Source: an uncultured bacterium
Lineage (GTDB): Bacteria; Bacillota; Clostridia; Oscillospirales; CAG-272
NCBI GenBank assembly: GCA_945920215.1
Contig: CAMEJM010000005.1
Span: forward strand, 42,798-106,797
Length of the DNA: 64,000 nucleotides
Direction of reading: 5' to 3'
This document shows positions 1-10,343 of this stretch, piece by piece. The notes under the pieces are model-generated. The model was not told the origin of the DNA. It searched no databases and was given only the letters and a program-made list of their open reading frames with translations. The position numbers were made by a program, and so were the translations under genes. Position 1 is the first letter of the stretch. Each line of letters starts with the position of its first letter.

Positions 1-326
1 GCGGTGCGGTTGCGGTTGTCGGTTGCAGTCTCCACGATTACGGCGACGCCGGACGGACCGTAGCCCTCATAGGTGATTTCCTCAAAGTTGTTGTCCTTGT
101 TATCGGAAAACTTCTTGAGGACCCGCTCAATGTTATCGTTGGGGACGTTGTTTGCCTTGGCTTTGGCAATCAGATCGCGCAGCTTGCCGTTGACGTTGGG
201 GTCGTTGCCGCCCGCGCGGATGGCGACCGCCATCTCCTTGCCGATACGGGTAAAGACCTTTGCCTTTGCGGCGTCGGACTTTTCTTTCTTGTGTTTGATG
301 TTATTCCATTTGCTATGTCCGCTCAT
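1..326 (-). CDS. yebC: YebC/PmpR family protein (3' end runs off the window)
   Basis: Manual translation from the ATG at 326: [29 protein letters not shown]...[10 protein letters not shown]...[23 protein letters not shown], the YebC signature; not in the ORF track. Confidence 0.93.
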   Translation of the reverse strand, partial: MSGHSKWNNIKHKKEKSDAAKAKVFTRIGKEMAVAIRAGGNDPNVNGKLRDLIAKAKANNVPNDNIERVLKKFSDNKDNNFEEITYEGYGPSGVAVIVETATDNRNRT

Positions 327-348
327 GACAGATTCTCCTGTATGAAAA

Positions 349-2070
349 TTAAATTTGTTCGGGGGTCGCCATGCAGATCAGATGCAAGGCGGTGCCGAGT
401 ACCTGCCGGGTCGCGGCGGTGAGCGCCACGCGGCTCTCGCGCTGCTTTTCGTCCTCGCAGGACAGAATCGGGCACTCGTGGTAGAAGCGGTTGAACGCCG
501 CGCACAACTCCAGAATATAGCGTGTGATCACGGACGGCTCATACTCCGCCAGCGCGGCACGGACCCGCTCCGGGAACAGGGCGATGGTCTTGGCAAGCGC
601 GCCCTCCTCCGGGGTGGCGGTCTCCGAGCGCCACTTCGCCTCTCCCGCGTACTTGCGGAGCACCGAGCAGGTGCGCGCGTAGGTGTACTGGGCGTAAGGA
701 CCCGTATTGCCGTCAAAGGACAGGGCGTCCTCCAGCGTGAAATTGATGTCGCGGATACGGCTGCCGAGGAGATAGTGGAACACGATCGCGCCCACGCCGA
801 CCTGCTCGGCAATATCGCTTCTTCCGGCAAGCTCCGGGTTCTTCTCCGCCATGATGGCGCTGACCTTTTCGATCGCCTGCGCGAACAAATCCTTGAGCAG
901 CACCACGTTGCCGGTGCGGGTCGCCAGCTTCGCGCCGTTGACCGATACCGTCCCGTAAGGCACGTGTACCAGCTCGTCATACCAATCGTAGCCCATCAGC
1001 TCCACGACCTTGAACCACTGCTTGAAGTGCAGGCACTGCTGTGCGCTGGTCACATAGATCGCCTTGTCGAAACGGTAATGCTCCTTGCGCCATACCGCCG
1101 CCGCAATGTCGCGCGTGGGGTACAGGGTGGAGCCGTCGCGCTTGAGAATCAGGCAGGGCGGCATTCCGTATGACTCCAGATCCACGATCGCCGCGCCGTC
1201 GTCGATTTTCAGAAGTCCCGCGTCGCGTAGCTTCTGCACCTGCGCCGGCATTTTATCGGTATAAAAGCTCTCGCCCTTGTAGGAATCGAAAGTAATTCCG
1301 AGCTGGCGGTAGGTCTTTTCATATTCTGCAAGCGAAATCTGCACAAACCATTTCCACAGGGCGATGTTTTCCTCGTCTCCCTCTTCCATCTTGTGAAATT
1401 CCGCGCGCGCCTCATCCGCAAGCGCTTTCCCTTCGGGCGTGTCGTCTATGGCGTTGTTGATCCGCACGTACAGCTCCACCAGCCGGTCGATGCCGCCCTC
1501 TTCAATCTGCTTGCGGTCGCCCCACTTTTTATAGGCAACAATCAACTTCCCGAACTGGGTCCCCCAGTCGCCGAGATAGTTGATACCGATACATTGCCAC
1601 CCCGCGAATTGGTGCAGCAGCTTCAGGGAATGACCGATGACGGTCGTCCCGAGATGCCCGATGTGAAACGGCTTCGCCACATTGGGAGAGGAATAGTCAA
1701 GCACCACCGTCTTGCCCACCCCGTCCATCGGGGAACCGTACTTACCTCCCTGCTGCGCCACCTCGTCGGTCACACGCGCGGCAAGCGACGCGCCGTCAAA
1801 GAAGAAATTGAGGTATCCTTTGACCGACTCCACGCGCGCAAACAAAGGGTCGTCCGCAAGCCCGGCGGCAAGCGCGTCGGAGATCTGCACCGGCGCGCGG
1901 TGCAGCGATTTGGAAAGCTTGAAGCACGGCAGCGCCAGGTCGCCCATGGCTGCCTCCGGCGGATATTCGAGCATATTGCAGACCTCGTCGGCGGTCAGGC
2001 TTCCTCCCGGAAACGCCCCGGCTGCCAGCGCGGCGATCTTCTCGGCGGTCTGCTGTTTGAGCTGTATCAT
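349..2070 (-). CDS. argS: Arginine--tRNA ligase
   Basis: [15 protein letters not shown] (HIGH motif), [23 protein letters not shown]-terminal DALR-type domain. Confidence 0.97.
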   Translation of the reverse strand: MIQLKQQTAEKIAALAAGAFPGGSLTADEVCNMLEYPPEAAMGDLALPCFKLSKSLHRAPVQISDALAAGLADDPLFARVESVKGYLNFFFDGASLAARVTDEVAQQGGKYGSPMDGVGKTVVLDYSSPNVAKPFHIGHLGTTVIGHSLKLLHQFAGWQCIGINYLGDWGTQFGKLIVAYKKWGDRKQIEEGGIDRLVELYVRINNAIDDTPEGKALADEARAEFHKMEEGDEENIALWKWFVQISLAEYEKTYRQLGITFDSYKGESFYTDKMPAQVQKLRDAGLLKIDDGAAIVDLESYGMPPCLILKRDGSTLYPTRDIAAAVWRKEHYRFDKAIYVTSAQQCLHFKQWFKVVELMGYDWYDELVHVPYGTVSVNGAKLATRTGNVVLLKDLFAQAIEKVSAIMAEKNPELAGRSDIAEQVGVGAIVFHYLLGSRIRDINFTLEDALSFDGNTGPYAQYTYARTCSVLRKYAGEAKWRSETATPEEGALAKTIALFPERVRAALAEYEPSVITRYILELCAAFNRFYHECPILSCEDEKQRESRVALTAATRQVLGTALHLICMATPEQI

Positions 2071-2892
2071 TTAAAGGTTGTCCTCCATTTTGACAAAGGC
2101 TTCGGTATTCGGTACTCCCTCCTCCGTGCGGCAGGGAATCAGCGGTATTTCACACAGGGAGTACGCAAGGGCGATCTCGACGCCCGCGGTGACGTAAAAG
2201 CGGTCGTCCAGCATCTGCACGCATACGTCCGGCAAAGATTCCCCGCGCTCCAGCGCAGCGGCGTCGGCGGCAACCAGTGCCGCGTCCGGCGCGTCGTCGG
2301 GATACCACAGGCGGCGGGGGCAAAGGAACACGGCGTGGTAGGAGCGGTCGGACTCCCATGCACGGATGCCCTCCACAATGCGGTCGGCTACCTGCTCCGG
2401 CGTGGCAAAGGTCGTATCGATGATGATGTTGTAATTGTTGAAATCCTTGCAGTCCACGCCGTACAGCTCAAAGTAGCGTTTCTTTTCGCTGGTCTTGCGG
2501 GCGCGGATGCGTTCCGCCGCCTCGCTCACGGTATTGAAACGCTCCGCCTCGCGCCCCGCGCGCATCACGCGGACGGCGGCTGCCTCGGGGTCTGTCGTCA
2601 GATAAATGCGGAAGGTGTCGCGGACGAAGTGCCACGCCATGCGGGAGTCCACAATCAGTCTGCGCGGGTCGTCGGAGAGCTGTTCCAGACGCCGGTCGAA
2701 CTCCCTGTCCATTTCGGGGTGCGTCTCCATGTAAATATTGAATGCGGCAATATCCATGCCCATGCTTGCCGCCATTTCGCGCGCGATAACGCCCGTACCG
2801 TAATACTCGGCGCCCAAGCGCTCCTGCAACAGTTTTGCCACGGTGGATTTCCCACTGCCGAGATCCCCTGCCAAGGATAATTTCAGATTCAT
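2071..2892 (-). CDS. Archaeal-type cytidylate kinase family protein with a C-terminal ParB/Srx-like extension
   Basis: P-loop GDLGSGKST, DSRMAWHF, SEKKRYFELYGVD, IIIDTT; about 90 extra C-terminal residues; GAGG RBS before ATG 2892. Confidence 0.8.
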   Translation of the reverse strand: MNLKLSLAGDLGSGKSTVAKLLQERLGAEYYGTGVIAREMAASMGMDIAAFNIYMETHPEMDREFDRRLEQLSDDPRRLIVDSRMAWHFVRDTFRIYLTTDPEAAAVRVMRAGREAERFNTVSEAAERIRARKTSEKKRYFELYGVDCKDFNNYNIIIDTTFATPEQVADRIVEGIRAWESDRSYHAVFLCPRRLWYPDDAPDAALVAADAAALERGESLPDVCVQMLDDRFYVTAGVEIALAYSLCEIPLIPCRTEEGVPNTEAFVKMEDNL

Positions 2893-3015
2893 ACTGCTCG
2901 CACCTCTCGTCACGTCCTGCACGCGGTTTGCCGCGGACAGCGCCCGGAACACAGCGCCCCGCTCTGCGGGCGCGCCGCGCCCGCGCCCGCGCCATCACAT
3001 AGTTTTAACTTTAAT

Positions 3016-3045
3016 ATTATATCTCACTCTCCCCCGCTCTGTCAA
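3016..3045 (-). promoter_or_regulatory. SigA-type promoter for cmk-like/argS/yebC
   Basis: TTGACA-N18-TATAAT on the minus strand. Confidence 0.7.
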
Positions 3046-3231
3046 GGCTGGCTGGCACAAAAACGCGCCTTTCCGCACCGCTCCGACTCTGTTTTCTCCG
3101 CGCGCGGCGCGCAGGAAAATAAGAAAAACGGCGTGCAGCCCGAAAAGCCCGGCGGCGCGCCGTACGGAATATAGGATTGGCTCGGTTTGACGGTTTTACC
3201 GCGCCGCGGCAGCGAGATGGAAAGCGTTTGC

Positions 3232-3975
3232 TCACAGCGGCTTTTTGGAAATCTGCGCAAAGGGGCGCGGGTACGCCTCCGGCGTCTTTTTTTCCTTAGT
3301 CACGCGGATCAGCGCGTGATTCTGGTCTTCCGTGCCGGCGGAGCGCAGCGGTATCTGTTCAATCGGCAGGGCGCGCCCGCCCAGAACGGCAAGCGCTTTC
3401 TTTGCGTCCGCGAGTTCATATGCGGCGTTCTTGCCCTTCATTGCCAGCATCTCTCCGCCCACGCGCACATAGGCAAGACAAAGCTCGGCCAGCACGCGCA
3501 TCTGCGCCACGGCGCGGGAGACGACGGCGTCAAAGCTCTCGCGCAGCTCCGCAAGGTGCGCGCCGTCCTCAGCGCGCATGGCTTTGGTCTGCACGTTGGT
3601 AAGTCCGAGCAGCTCCGCCGCACCGGCGACGTAACGCACGCGCTTTTCGGTGGAATCCATCGCCAATATTTGCAGATCCGGGCGGACGATGGCAAGGGGG
3701 AGCGTGGGAAATCCGGCGCCGCACCCGATATCCGCCACCCGCGCGCCTTTGGGCAGGTACTTTGCGGCGCAAACGCAGTCGGCGTAATGCAACAGAATGA
3801 TCTTCTCCGGCTCCACAATGGCGGTCAGATTGTATTTCTCGTTCTCTTCGAGCATATGGCGGGTCAGCTTCTCAAAGGCGCCGACGCGCTCGTAATTCAG
3901 CAACTTGGACAGCCCGTTTTCCGAGAATACCTTTTGCAGGGTCGCGGAAAAAGCGGCGGAATCGAAGGAAACCAT
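3232..3975 (-). CDS. rsmG: 16S rRNA m7G527 methyltransferase
   Basis: NLTAI, HYADC, DIGCGAGFP, SRAVA, YPRPFAQISKKPL. Confidence 0.95.
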   Translation of the reverse strand: MVSFDSAAFSATLQKVFSENGLSKLLNYERVGAFEKLTRHMLEENEKYNLTAIVEPEKIILLHYADCVCAAKYLPKGARVADIGCGAGFPTLPLAIVRPDLQILAMDSTEKRVRYVAGAAELLGLTNVQTKAMRAEDGAHLAELRESFDAVVSRAVAQMRVLAELCLAYVRVGGEMLAMKGKNAAYELADAKKALAVLGGRALPIEQIPLRSAGTEDQNHALIRVTKEKKTPEAYPRPFAQISKKPL

Positions 3976-3983
3976 AACTCACC

Positions 3984-5579
3984 TCACGCCTTGACCGCGT
4001 TTTTGCGGGCAAGGAAGTCCTCGTAGGAGCCGCGGAAATCGGTCATGCCCTCCGGCGTGATCTCGATCACGCGGTTGGCAACCGTGTTGACAATTTCGTA
4101 GTCGTGGGAACTGAACAGAATATTGCCCGCAAAGTCGCGCATCCCGTTATTGACCGCGGTAATGGACTCCAAGTCCAGATGGTTGGTGGGCTGGTCGATG
4201 ATGAGCATATTGGAGCCGAACAGCATCATGCGGGAGAACATACACCGCACCTTTTCACCCCCGGAAAGCACTGAAACGCACTTGTTCACGGCGTCGCCCG
4301 AAAAAAGCATACGCCCCAGAAAGCCGCGGAGATACGTTTCGTTCTGATCCTTAGAATACGGGCGGAGCCAGTCGAGAATGGATTCGGTATGCCCCTCAAA
4401 ATAGGGAGAATTGTCGCGCGGGAAATAGGAGGTGGAAATGGAGACCCCGAAGTGGAAGGAGCCGGTATCGGGTCCCTCCTCCTCCATCAGGCAGCGGAAC
4501 AGCGCGGTCACGCTGCGGTCGTCGCCCACGAAAGCAATTTTATCTCCGCGCCCCACCAAAAACGATACGTCGCGGAACAGCACTTCTCCGTCCTTGATTT
4601 TGGAGAGCCCCTCCACCTGCAAAATATCCTTGCCGGGTTCTCTGTCCATATCAAAACCGATAAAAGGATAGCGGCGCGAGGACGCGGGCAGCTCCTCCAC
4701 GGTAATCTTTTCGAGCAGTTTGCGGCGGGAGGTTGCCTGATTGGATTTGGACTTGTTCGCCGAGAAGCGGGCGATAAACGCTTCGAGTTCCTTGATTTTT
4801 TCCTCGGCGCGCTTGTTCTGCTGCTTGATCATGCGCTGCATAAGCTGAGAGGACTCATACCAAAACTCATAGTTGCCGACGTACATTTTGATTGAGCCGT
4901 AATCGATATCCACAATGTTGGTACACACATCGTTGAGGAAATGGCGGTCATGGGAGACCACCAGCACCGTCCCGAAATAGTCGGAGAGGAATTCCTCAAG
5001 CCAATGCACCGCCTCCAGGTCAAGACCGTTGGTCGGCTCGTCCAACAGGATAATATCAGGGTTGCCGAACAAGGCTCTTGCAAGCAGGACCTTGACCTTC
5101 TGACTTTCCTGCAAATCCGCCATGGAGCTGTACAGTAAATCCACATTCAGACCAAGCCCCTGAATCAGACGGGACGCGTCGGACTCTGCTTCCCAGCCGC
5201 CCATCTCCGCGAACTCCGCCTCCAGCTCCGAGGCGCGCAAGCCGTCCTCGTCCGTAAAATCCTCCTTGAGGTAGATGGCGTCCTTTTCTTTCATCACGTC
5301 ATAGAGCTTCTGATTGCCCATGATGACGGTATCGAGCACCGTATATCCGTCGAACGCAAAGTGATCCTGCCGCAAAACAGACATACGCGTGTTTTCGGGG
5401 ATGGAGATCTCCCCGCGCGAGGGTTCCAGTTCCCGGCACAGCAGTTTCAGAAAGGTGGATTTCCCCGCCCCGTTCGCCCCGATAATCCCGTAGCAGTTGC
5501 CGGGGGTGAATTTCAGATTGACGTCCTTGAACAGGGTCTGCGCCCCGAAATGAAAGGACAGATTGTTGACTGTGATCAT
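3984..5579 (-). CDS. ABC-F family ribosome-associated ATPase (YbiT/YkpA-like)
   Basis: Two ABC domains and no TM segments; GANGAGKST, LLDEPTN, linker GNYEFWYESSQL, LSGGEKVR; NBD2 degenerate. Confidence 0.9.
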   Translation of the reverse strand: MITVNNLSFHFGAQTLFKDVNLKFTPGNCYGIIGANGAGKSTFLKLLCRELEPSRGEISIPENTRMSVLRQDHFAFDGYTVLDTVIMGNQKLYDVMKEKDAIYLKEDFTDEDGLRASELEAEFAEMGGWEAESDASRLIQGLGLNVDLLYSSMADLQESQKVKVLLARALFGNPDIILLDEPTNGLDLEAVHWLEEFLSDYFGTVLVVSHDRHFLNDVCTNIVDIDYGSIKMYVGNYEFWYESSQLMQRMIKQQNKRAEEKIKELEAFIARFSANKSKSNQATSRRKLLEKITVEELPASSRRYPFIGFDMDREPGKDILQVEGLSKIKDGEVLFRDVSFLVGRGDKIAFVGDDRSVTALFRCLMEEEGPDTGSFHFGVSISTSYFPRDNSPYFEGHTESILDWLRPYSKDQNETYLRGFLGRMLFSGDAVNKCVSVLSGGEKVRCMFSRMMLFGSNMLIIDQPTNHLDLESITAVNNGMRDFAGNILFSSHDYEIVNTVANRVIEITPEGMTDFRGSYEDFLARKNAVKA

Positions 5580-5805
5580 GTGTGTTTACCTCGTGTTCCG
5601 CACACTTCATGCGCATATGTATATATAGTAACTTGTTTCCGCTCCCCAAATGTGAATAAATTGTTAATATATCAAGCCGGTTTCTCCTGCCTGTTCCGCC
5701 GTTTTCTTTCCGCGATCCGACCTCTTTTTTCGACGTGTTTCCCCTTTTTTCATACAATTGGATAGAAAAAACGACATAAATTTCTGTATTTTCATGATTG
5801 TGGTA

Positions 5806-5826
5806 TGTCGAAAGATGTCATATAAT
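5806..5826 (+). promoter_or_regulatory. Putative Spo0A box next to a TATAAT -10 element
   Basis: TGTCGAA (0A-box consensus TGNCGAA) at 5806-5812; TATAAT at 5821-5826. Confidence 0.45.
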
Positions 5827-5886
5827 AGTTTACAGAAAATTTAAAAAAAGAAAAAATTAGGAAATATAAAGAAAGGAGCAGATGAA

Positions 5887-7380
5887 ATGAAGCGCGCCGC
5901 CCCCGTGAAACCTCCCGTTGCACTCCCGTCAATTCTGCTCTTTCTTCTCCTGTTCCTGCGGTTTTGCCCCCTGCCCCTTTCTGCCGCGGAGGAAAGCGCA
6001 GCGCCCGCAGAAGATACCCTGTATTGTCTGAGCGAGATTTACAGCTCGGCAGAGTTGTGGGACACGCCCGATGAGGACAAGAATGCGATAACCGTGGGAA
6101 CGTGGGGCGCCTGCCATAATAGCGAATCCTCCGACCCCACCGTGCGGTTCGGTTTCCCTTACTCCTATGACGCGCAGGAACACGCCGTCACCATTGCGTG
6201 CGGCGCGCAAAATGAAAACTGTTTGACATGGAGCACCGTGAGCGGTCCCGGCAAAATCACGAACCCGAACGGGTGCTGGCAGTTGTCCTTTCAGGTGCGG
6301 TATGAAGAAGATTCCTTTGCCGGGCTCAGACTGTGCGCCGGCGATCCCATTGCCGAAATTGACCCCTCCGGCAACTTTTGGGTGCTTGGAAATTCGTCCG
6401 AAGGCACGCCTGTTTCCTTATCCGCGGGGCAACTGTCCGCCGGTTGGAACACCGTCGCGGTTTCTGTTATGCACACTCTCTCCGAGGACGGCAGCGTGAC
6501 CGATTGCGCGCTGTACTTTGCCTTGAATCCTCAAAACGACCGCGTCGTCACCGCCGCCTCACTGGAAGCCTTGCCCGCCATCCGCCGCCGGACAAGCAAG
6601 TCCTTCTTTGCCTCCCTCACCGACCTCTGTCTCTATCCGACCGAAGCGGGAGAGGAAACCACGCCCGCAACTCTGACTCTCCGGGCGTTCCGCACCGCCG
6701 AAATACGCCCCACGCAGCCGGTGACGCTCACCTTTGAAACCCTGCCGGAGCCAAATTACGAGGGCTATCTTTGGGAAAAGATAGTGTTGCCCGTTTCGTC
6801 GGATGTGGCATACTGGGAAGCGGACGGGCAGCGCTATTCGCCCGGCGAAAACTACATTATCACCGCCGCCGTTACCTTTTCCCCCGTGTCTTGCACTACC
6901 TACGCCTACGAGACGCTTGCCGCGGCAATGAAAGGTATCGGCGAAGAGGAAAGCGAAACGGATTTGCCCGGGCGGCTGGAGGCGCTGAAAAGGGCGTTGG
7001 AAAGCTCTTATCTGGACGTGCGGGACGAACGCTACCTCACGGCGGAACAGGCGTTCCGCGACGGCGTCCGTGAACTTGCGGACACCGTAGCCGAATCCCT
7101 CGCGGCGGCAAACGCCACGCCGGACATCAAGGAAAAATACAGCCGCCTGAGGGCGGCGATCGCCTGCTACCGCCTGTCTCCCGACCTCTTCCCCGCCGAA
7201 ACGGCAGAGGCGCTGAACCAAGCCGTGGTCTCTTATAACACATTGGTCACCGATATCAATTCCAACCATGCGGAAGCCGTTCTTGCCGGCTCCTCCCTGA
7301 CAGCGGACAAGCCCGCCTGCCTTGAAATCCGCGCCGCTCTGACGGATATACGATCCAAAGTACACCGATACGAAGAATAA
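5887..7380 (+). CDS. Secreted hypothetical protein (beta-rich N-terminal region, helical C-terminal region)
   Basis: AAGGAG RBS; signal peptide MKRAAP...LLFLLLFL...LSAAEE; 497 aa. Confidence 0.75.
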   Translation: MKRAAPVKPPVALPSILLFLLLFLRFCPLPLSAAEESAAPAEDTLYCLSEIYSSAELWDTPDEDKNAITVGTWGACHNSESSDPTVRFGFPYSYDAQEHAVTIACGAQNENCLTWSTVSGPGKITNPNGCWQLSFQVRYEEDSFAGLRLCAGDPIAEIDPSGNFWVLGNSSEGTPVSLSAGQLSAGWNTVAVSVMHTLSEDGSVTDCALYFALNPQNDRVVTAASLEALPAIRRRTSKSFFASLTDLCLYPTEAGEETTPATLTLRAFRTAEIRPTQPVTLTFETLPEPNYEGYLWEKIVLPVSSDVAYWEADGQRYSPGENYIITAAVTFSPVSCTTYAYETLAAAMKGIGEEESETDLPGRLEALKRALESSYLDVRDERYLTAEQAFRDGVRELADTVAESLAAANATPDIKEKYSRLRAAIACYRLSPDLFPAETAEALNQAVVSYNTLVTDINSNHAEAVLAGSSLTADKPACLEIRAALTDIRSKVHRYEE

Positions 7381-7450
7381 AAGACCGCGCGCGGGTCAGG
7401 CAAACTCCCGCAAGCGCGCGAAGAAAAAAGGAAAGGAAAGGAGAACGCCG

Positions 7451-8032
7451 ATGAAACGCGTTGCAATCCGTCTAACGGCGGTATGTCTGATACTTGCCGC
7501 GTGCTGTTTGTGCTGCGCCTGCGGCGCGCGCACGGCAACCGAAGCCGAGACCTCCCGCGCGCAAGCGAACGCGGCGGCGCTTGTCGGGAAATACGCCGCC
7601 GCGGCGGCAGCCACCGCCCCCACCGAGGTGGAATGCACCGTCCTGACGGAAGCGGGCGGCTCTGTCCTGACCGCGCAGTCCCTGCTGGAGGCAGAGTCCG
7701 GGGAAATGACCGTCACCTTCTACAACACGCTTTCAACCGATACCGCGGACACCCCTTTTACCACAGAGCACAAGATAGCGGTGCAGAACGGCGTGAACAC
7801 CGTTGTGCCGTCAGAGTTGCATTTTGACGCCGCAAACCTGTCAGAGCTCTCCGAAGAGGGTTCCACGCTGACCGCGGCGGTGCGCGACCCCCGTGCATTT
7901 CTCGGCAGCGAAACCCAAGCCGCCGATATGCGCGTCAGAGTGACCATGAACGGAACCACGCTCTCCTCGGTGGTTCTGTCCTATACGCTTCCGGGGGACT
8001 GCCGGGTGACGTTGACGGTGCTGTACCTGTAA
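7451..8032 (+). CDS. Hypothetical lipoprotein
   Basis: AAGGAG RBS; signal peptide ending in Cys-rich CCLCCACG (lipobox-like). Confidence 0.7.
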   Translation: MKRVAIRLTAVCLILAACCLCCACGARTATEAETSRAQANAAALVGKYAAAAAATAPTEVECTVLTEAGGSVLTAQSLLEAESGEMTVTFYNTLSTDTADTPFTTEHKIAVQNGVNTVVPSELHFDAANLSELSEEGSTLTAAVRDPRAFLGSETQAADMRVRVTMNGTTLSSVVLSYTLPGDCRVTLTVLYL

Positions 8033-8098
8033 CCGGAGGGGCGCGGAAGCGGCAACGCCGGTTGTTTGTGTGCAATATGTAAAATGATTTATATTATA

Positions 8099-8127
8099 TT
8101 GACTATTTTCCGCAAATATGGTAAAAT
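8099..8127 (+). promoter_or_regulatory. SigA-type promoter of pgk-tpiA
   Basis: TTGACT-N17-TAAAAT with TG extended -10. Confidence 0.65.
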
Positions 8128-8169
8128 TCTTTTTCGGAAAACAAATACAATTGCAAGGAGCGTATCATT

Positions 8170-9474
8170 ATGTCCATGTACAACAAAAAGAGCGTCGAAG
8201 ACGTAAATATTGCAGCCGGCACCTCCGTGCTGGTACGTTGCGACTTCAACGTACCCATGAAAGACGGCGTCATCACCTCCGACAAGCGCATTGTCGAAGC
8301 ACTGCCCACCATCAAGTACCTGCTCTCCAAGGATGCCAAGGTCATTCTCTGCTCTCATCTGGGCAAGCCCCATAACATTCTGACCGAAGGCTTCGGTCTA
8401 AACAAGAAAGAAAAGAAAGCCGTTGCGGCTCTCCCCGCAGAGGAACAGGCTGCCGCTACCGCCGCATATCTCGAAAAGGCAAAGGGCGACAAGAAGAAAT
8501 TTACCCTGAAGCCCGTGGCTGACCGCCTGAATGAACTGGGCATTCCCGTAACCTTTGCCGAGGACATCATCGGCGAGGACGCAAAGGCGAAGATTGCCGC
8601 CATGAAGAACGGCACCGCCGTCCTGCTTGAAAACATCCGTTTCGATGCGCGCGAGGAAAAGAACGACCCCACATTCGCAAAGGAACTGGGTGCTTACGCT
8701 TCCCTGTACGTCAATGACGCGTTCGGCACCGCGCACCGCGCGCACGCTTCCACCGCGGGCGTTGCCACCTACGCAGGTCTGCCCGCAGTCTGCGGCTACC
8801 TGATTCAGAAGGAAATCACCGTGATGGGCAATGCGCTGGAGGATCCGAAGCGCCCGTTTGTCGCCATTCTCGGCGGCGCAAAGGTCTCGGATAAAATAGG
8901 AGTCATCAACAACCTCATCGACAAGGTGGATACCCTGATTATCGGCGGCGGTATGGCATACACGTTCTTCCGCGCGCTCGGCTGCCGCGTCGGCACCTCC
9001 CTGTGCGAAGAAGACAAACTCGACGTCGCGCGTGAAACCATGGAAAAGGCACGCGCCAAGGGCGTGAACTTCATCATTCCCGTGGACAACATCATCGGCC
9101 GCGAGTACGATGAGAACACCATCAACATGAGAATTTACTCCAACGCGATCCCCGACGGCTGGATGGGTCTGGACATCGGCCCCGTCACCCGTGAACTGTT
9201 TGCAAAGACCATTCAGGGCGCAGGCACCGTTGTCTGGAACGGTCCTATGGGCGTCTCCGAATGGAAGAACTTTGCCGCAGGTACCGAAGCGGTTGCACAG
9301 GCAGTCGCAGAGTGCGGCGCTGTCTCCATCATCGGCGGCGGCGACTCCGCGGCGGCTGTTGAGAAGCTGGGCTTCGCAGACAAGATGACCCACATCTCCA
9401 CCGGCGGCGGCGCTTCCCTCGAATTCCTTGAGGGCAAAGAACTGCCCGGTATCGCCTGCCTGCAGGACAAGTAA
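8170..9474 (+). CDS. pgk: Phosphoglycerate kinase
   Basis: [48 protein letters not shown]. Confidence 0.98.
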   Translation: MSMYNKKSVEDVNIAAGTSVLVRCDFNVPMKDGVITSDKRIVEALPTIKYLLSKDAKVILCSHLGKPHNILTEGFGLNKKEKKAVAALPAEEQAAATAAYLEKAKGDKKKFTLKPVADRLNELGIPVTFAEDIIGEDAKAKIAAMKNGTAVLLENIRFDAREEKNDPTFAKELGAYASLYVNDAFGTAHRAHASTAGVATYAGLPAVCGYLIQKEITVMGNALEDPKRPFVAILGGAKVSDKIGVINNLIDKVDTLIIGGGMAYTFFRALGCRVGTSLCEEDKLDVARETMEKARAKGVNFIIPVDNIIGREYDENTINMRIYSNAIPDGWMGLDIGPVTRELFAKTIQGAGTVVWNGPMGVSEWKNFAAGTEAVAQAVAECGAVSIIGGGDSAAAVEKLGFADKMTHISTGGGASLEFLEGKELPGIACLQDK

Positions 9475-9486
9475 GAGGTGACAGCA

Positions 9487-10248
9487 ATGAGTGCAAGAAC
9501 AGTCATCGCCGGCAACTGGAAAATGAACATGACCCCCTCCGAGGCAAAGCAGTTCATCGGTGAACTGGCGCCTATGGTAGCGGGCAAGAACGCTTGCGAC
9601 ATCGTTTTGTGCGTGCCTTATGTCGACATTCCCACCGCTGTGGAAGCCGCCCGCGGCACTAATATTCACATCGGCGCGGAAAACGTACACTTTGAAGCAA
9701 AAGGCGCTTTCACGGGCGAGGTTTCCACCGCCATGCTCTGTGAGCTGGGTTGTGAGTATGTGATTATCGGTCACTCCGAAAGACGTCAGTATTTCGGAGA
9801 AACGGATACCACCGTCAATCTGCGCACCAAGGCTGCCCTTGCGGCAGGTCTGAAGGTCATTCTCTGCCTCGGCGAGGTCAAAGAACAGCGTCTGGCAGGC
9901 ATCACCGACGAGGTGGTCGCCATGCAGACCAAGCTGGATCTGGCGGACATTGATGAGGACGCTCTGAAAAACGTCATCATCGCATACGAGCCCGTGTGGG
10001 CTATCGGCACAGGTCTGACCGCTACCCCGGAACAGGCGGACGAAACCTGCGGCGTGATCCGCAAGACCGTGGCGGAGATTTACTCCAAGAAAGCGGCTGA
10101 CGCCATGACCATTCAGTACGGCGGCTCCATGAACGACAAAAACGCGGCGGAGCTGCTCGCCAAGAAGAACGTCAACGGCGGACTCATCGGCGGCGCGTCT
10201 CTCGTCCCCGAAAAGTTCACCGCCATCGTGGACGCGGCGAACGCATAA
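9487..10248 (+). CDS. tpiA: Triosephosphate isomerase
   Basis: AGNWKMN, IGHSERR, AYEPVWAIGTG, YGGS, LIGGASL. Confidence 0.98.
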   Translation: MSARTVIAGNWKMNMTPSEAKQFIGELAPMVAGKNACDIVLCVPYVDIPTAVEAARGTNIHIGAENVHFEAKGAFTGEVSTAMLCELGCEYVIIGHSERRQYFGETDTTVNLRTKAALAAGLKVILCLGEVKEQRLAGITDEVVAMQTKLDLADIDEDALKNVIIAYEPVWAIGTGLTATPEQADETCGVIRKTVAEIYSKKAADAMTIQYGGSMNDKNAAELLAKKNVNGGLIGGASLVPEKFTAIVDAANA

Positions 10249-10272
10249 ACGCTTCGACATTCCCGCAGAAAT

Positions 10273-10315
10273 GAAAAGCAACCCCGTCGGATTTTTTCCG
10301 ACGGGGTTGCTTTTC
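10273..10315. terminator. Bidirectional intrinsic terminator after tpiA
   Basis: GAAAAGCAACCCCGTCGGA-ttttt-TCCGACGGGGTTGCTTTTC perfect stem with A/T tails. Confidence 0.85.
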
Positions 10316-10343
10316 GCTTGGCATATACTCTTAACAAGTATAC

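Noticed and set aside
2893-3010. GC-rich leader before the cmk-like/argS operon as a T-box or riboswitch
   Set aside because: No T-box (TGGnACC) or other recognisable aptamer; GC-rich pairing is nonspecific.
10253-10259. Isolated TTCGACA (0A-box) after tpiA, and another at 26653
   Set aside because: A 7-mer is expected by chance in 64 kb; there is no clustering, and the first has no promoter context.
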